Part shown: positions 63,551 through 64,000 of the stretch, piece by piece
Layout: each line of letters starts with the position of its first letter
Position numbering within the stretch: position 1 is the first letter of the stretch
Assembly: GCF_037042905.1 (NCBI RefSeq)
Contig: NC_087252.1
Location: 20,276,001 to 20,340,000 of the forward strand
Direction of reading: 5' to 3'
DNA length: 64,000 nucleotides
From: Lytechinus pictus
Taxonomy: Eukaryota
Translations under genes and position numbers: made by a program
Notes under the pieces: generated by a model
Told to the model about the DNA's origin: nothing
The model's input: the letters and a program-made list of their open reading frames with translations, nothing else
Databases searched by the model: none

Positions 63551-64000
63551 ATTATAGCACATTATTCGAAAGAGAAGGGTGAGTGGAAACGGAGGAGAAA
63601 ATGGCCATGAGAAAAATATAAGTGGATAGCGTTAATGAGAGAAAGGTCGAAAGAGTTGAATATTTATCGAATAATTACAATGGCGCAGATGTAGAACCAC
63701 AACGATGTAACTATACCTACTTTACCGAGTCTATCGCCTTTATGGGACAAATGGCTAACCATATGTCCGATATTTAAAAAAAAATCAATTTCGATAAACT
63801 AATTTTTTTTCGGCGAAGAACTATCCTTTTTTTTATTTCGATAAACTTAGTTATTTGTCGGCAAAGAACTAATATTTTTTCGGTTACGATTAACCAAGTT
63901 TTCTGATGATAAATCCGGGATAAAAAAAGAAACCAGTGTATATCGACAAGAAACTTATATTATCGACTTTATCATGTTTATGTGACACAAATGGCTCTCC

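Overview
AT-rich, intron-containing animal DNA, most likely echinoderm/sea-urchin-like (an inference from SINE/MITE style and gene families). It is dominated by nested transposable elements. Main contents: (1) a spliced PIF/Harbinger transposase on the minus strand (three open exons, a 7.5-kb first intron, left part beyond the window), plus a 135-bp MITE sharing its end; (2) an Ig-Ig-TM receptor gene fragment on + whose cytoplasmic exon is cut at a rearrangement breakpoint; (3) a Tc1-type element abutting a long-TIR TAG...CTA (Academ-like) element, which hosts a full-length L1/Tx1-clade LINE with a 4.1-kb inter-ORF spacer; (4) a 5.8-kb non-autonomous Harbinger with TTA TSD that splits a CR1/L2 fragment and carries a decayed spliced ORF and a 600-bp foldback; (5) an 8-exon membrane-anchored alpha/beta hydrolase gene on minus; (6) an SLC16/MCT-like pseudogene; and many MITEs, SINEs and tandem repeats. 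The most unusual observation is that the LINE's ORF2 is bracketed by complementary sequences (leader vs 3'UTR) that can form two long helices with sense-strand G-U pairs, suggesting long-range RNA closure of ORF2. All coordinates were read by eye; no searches were run.
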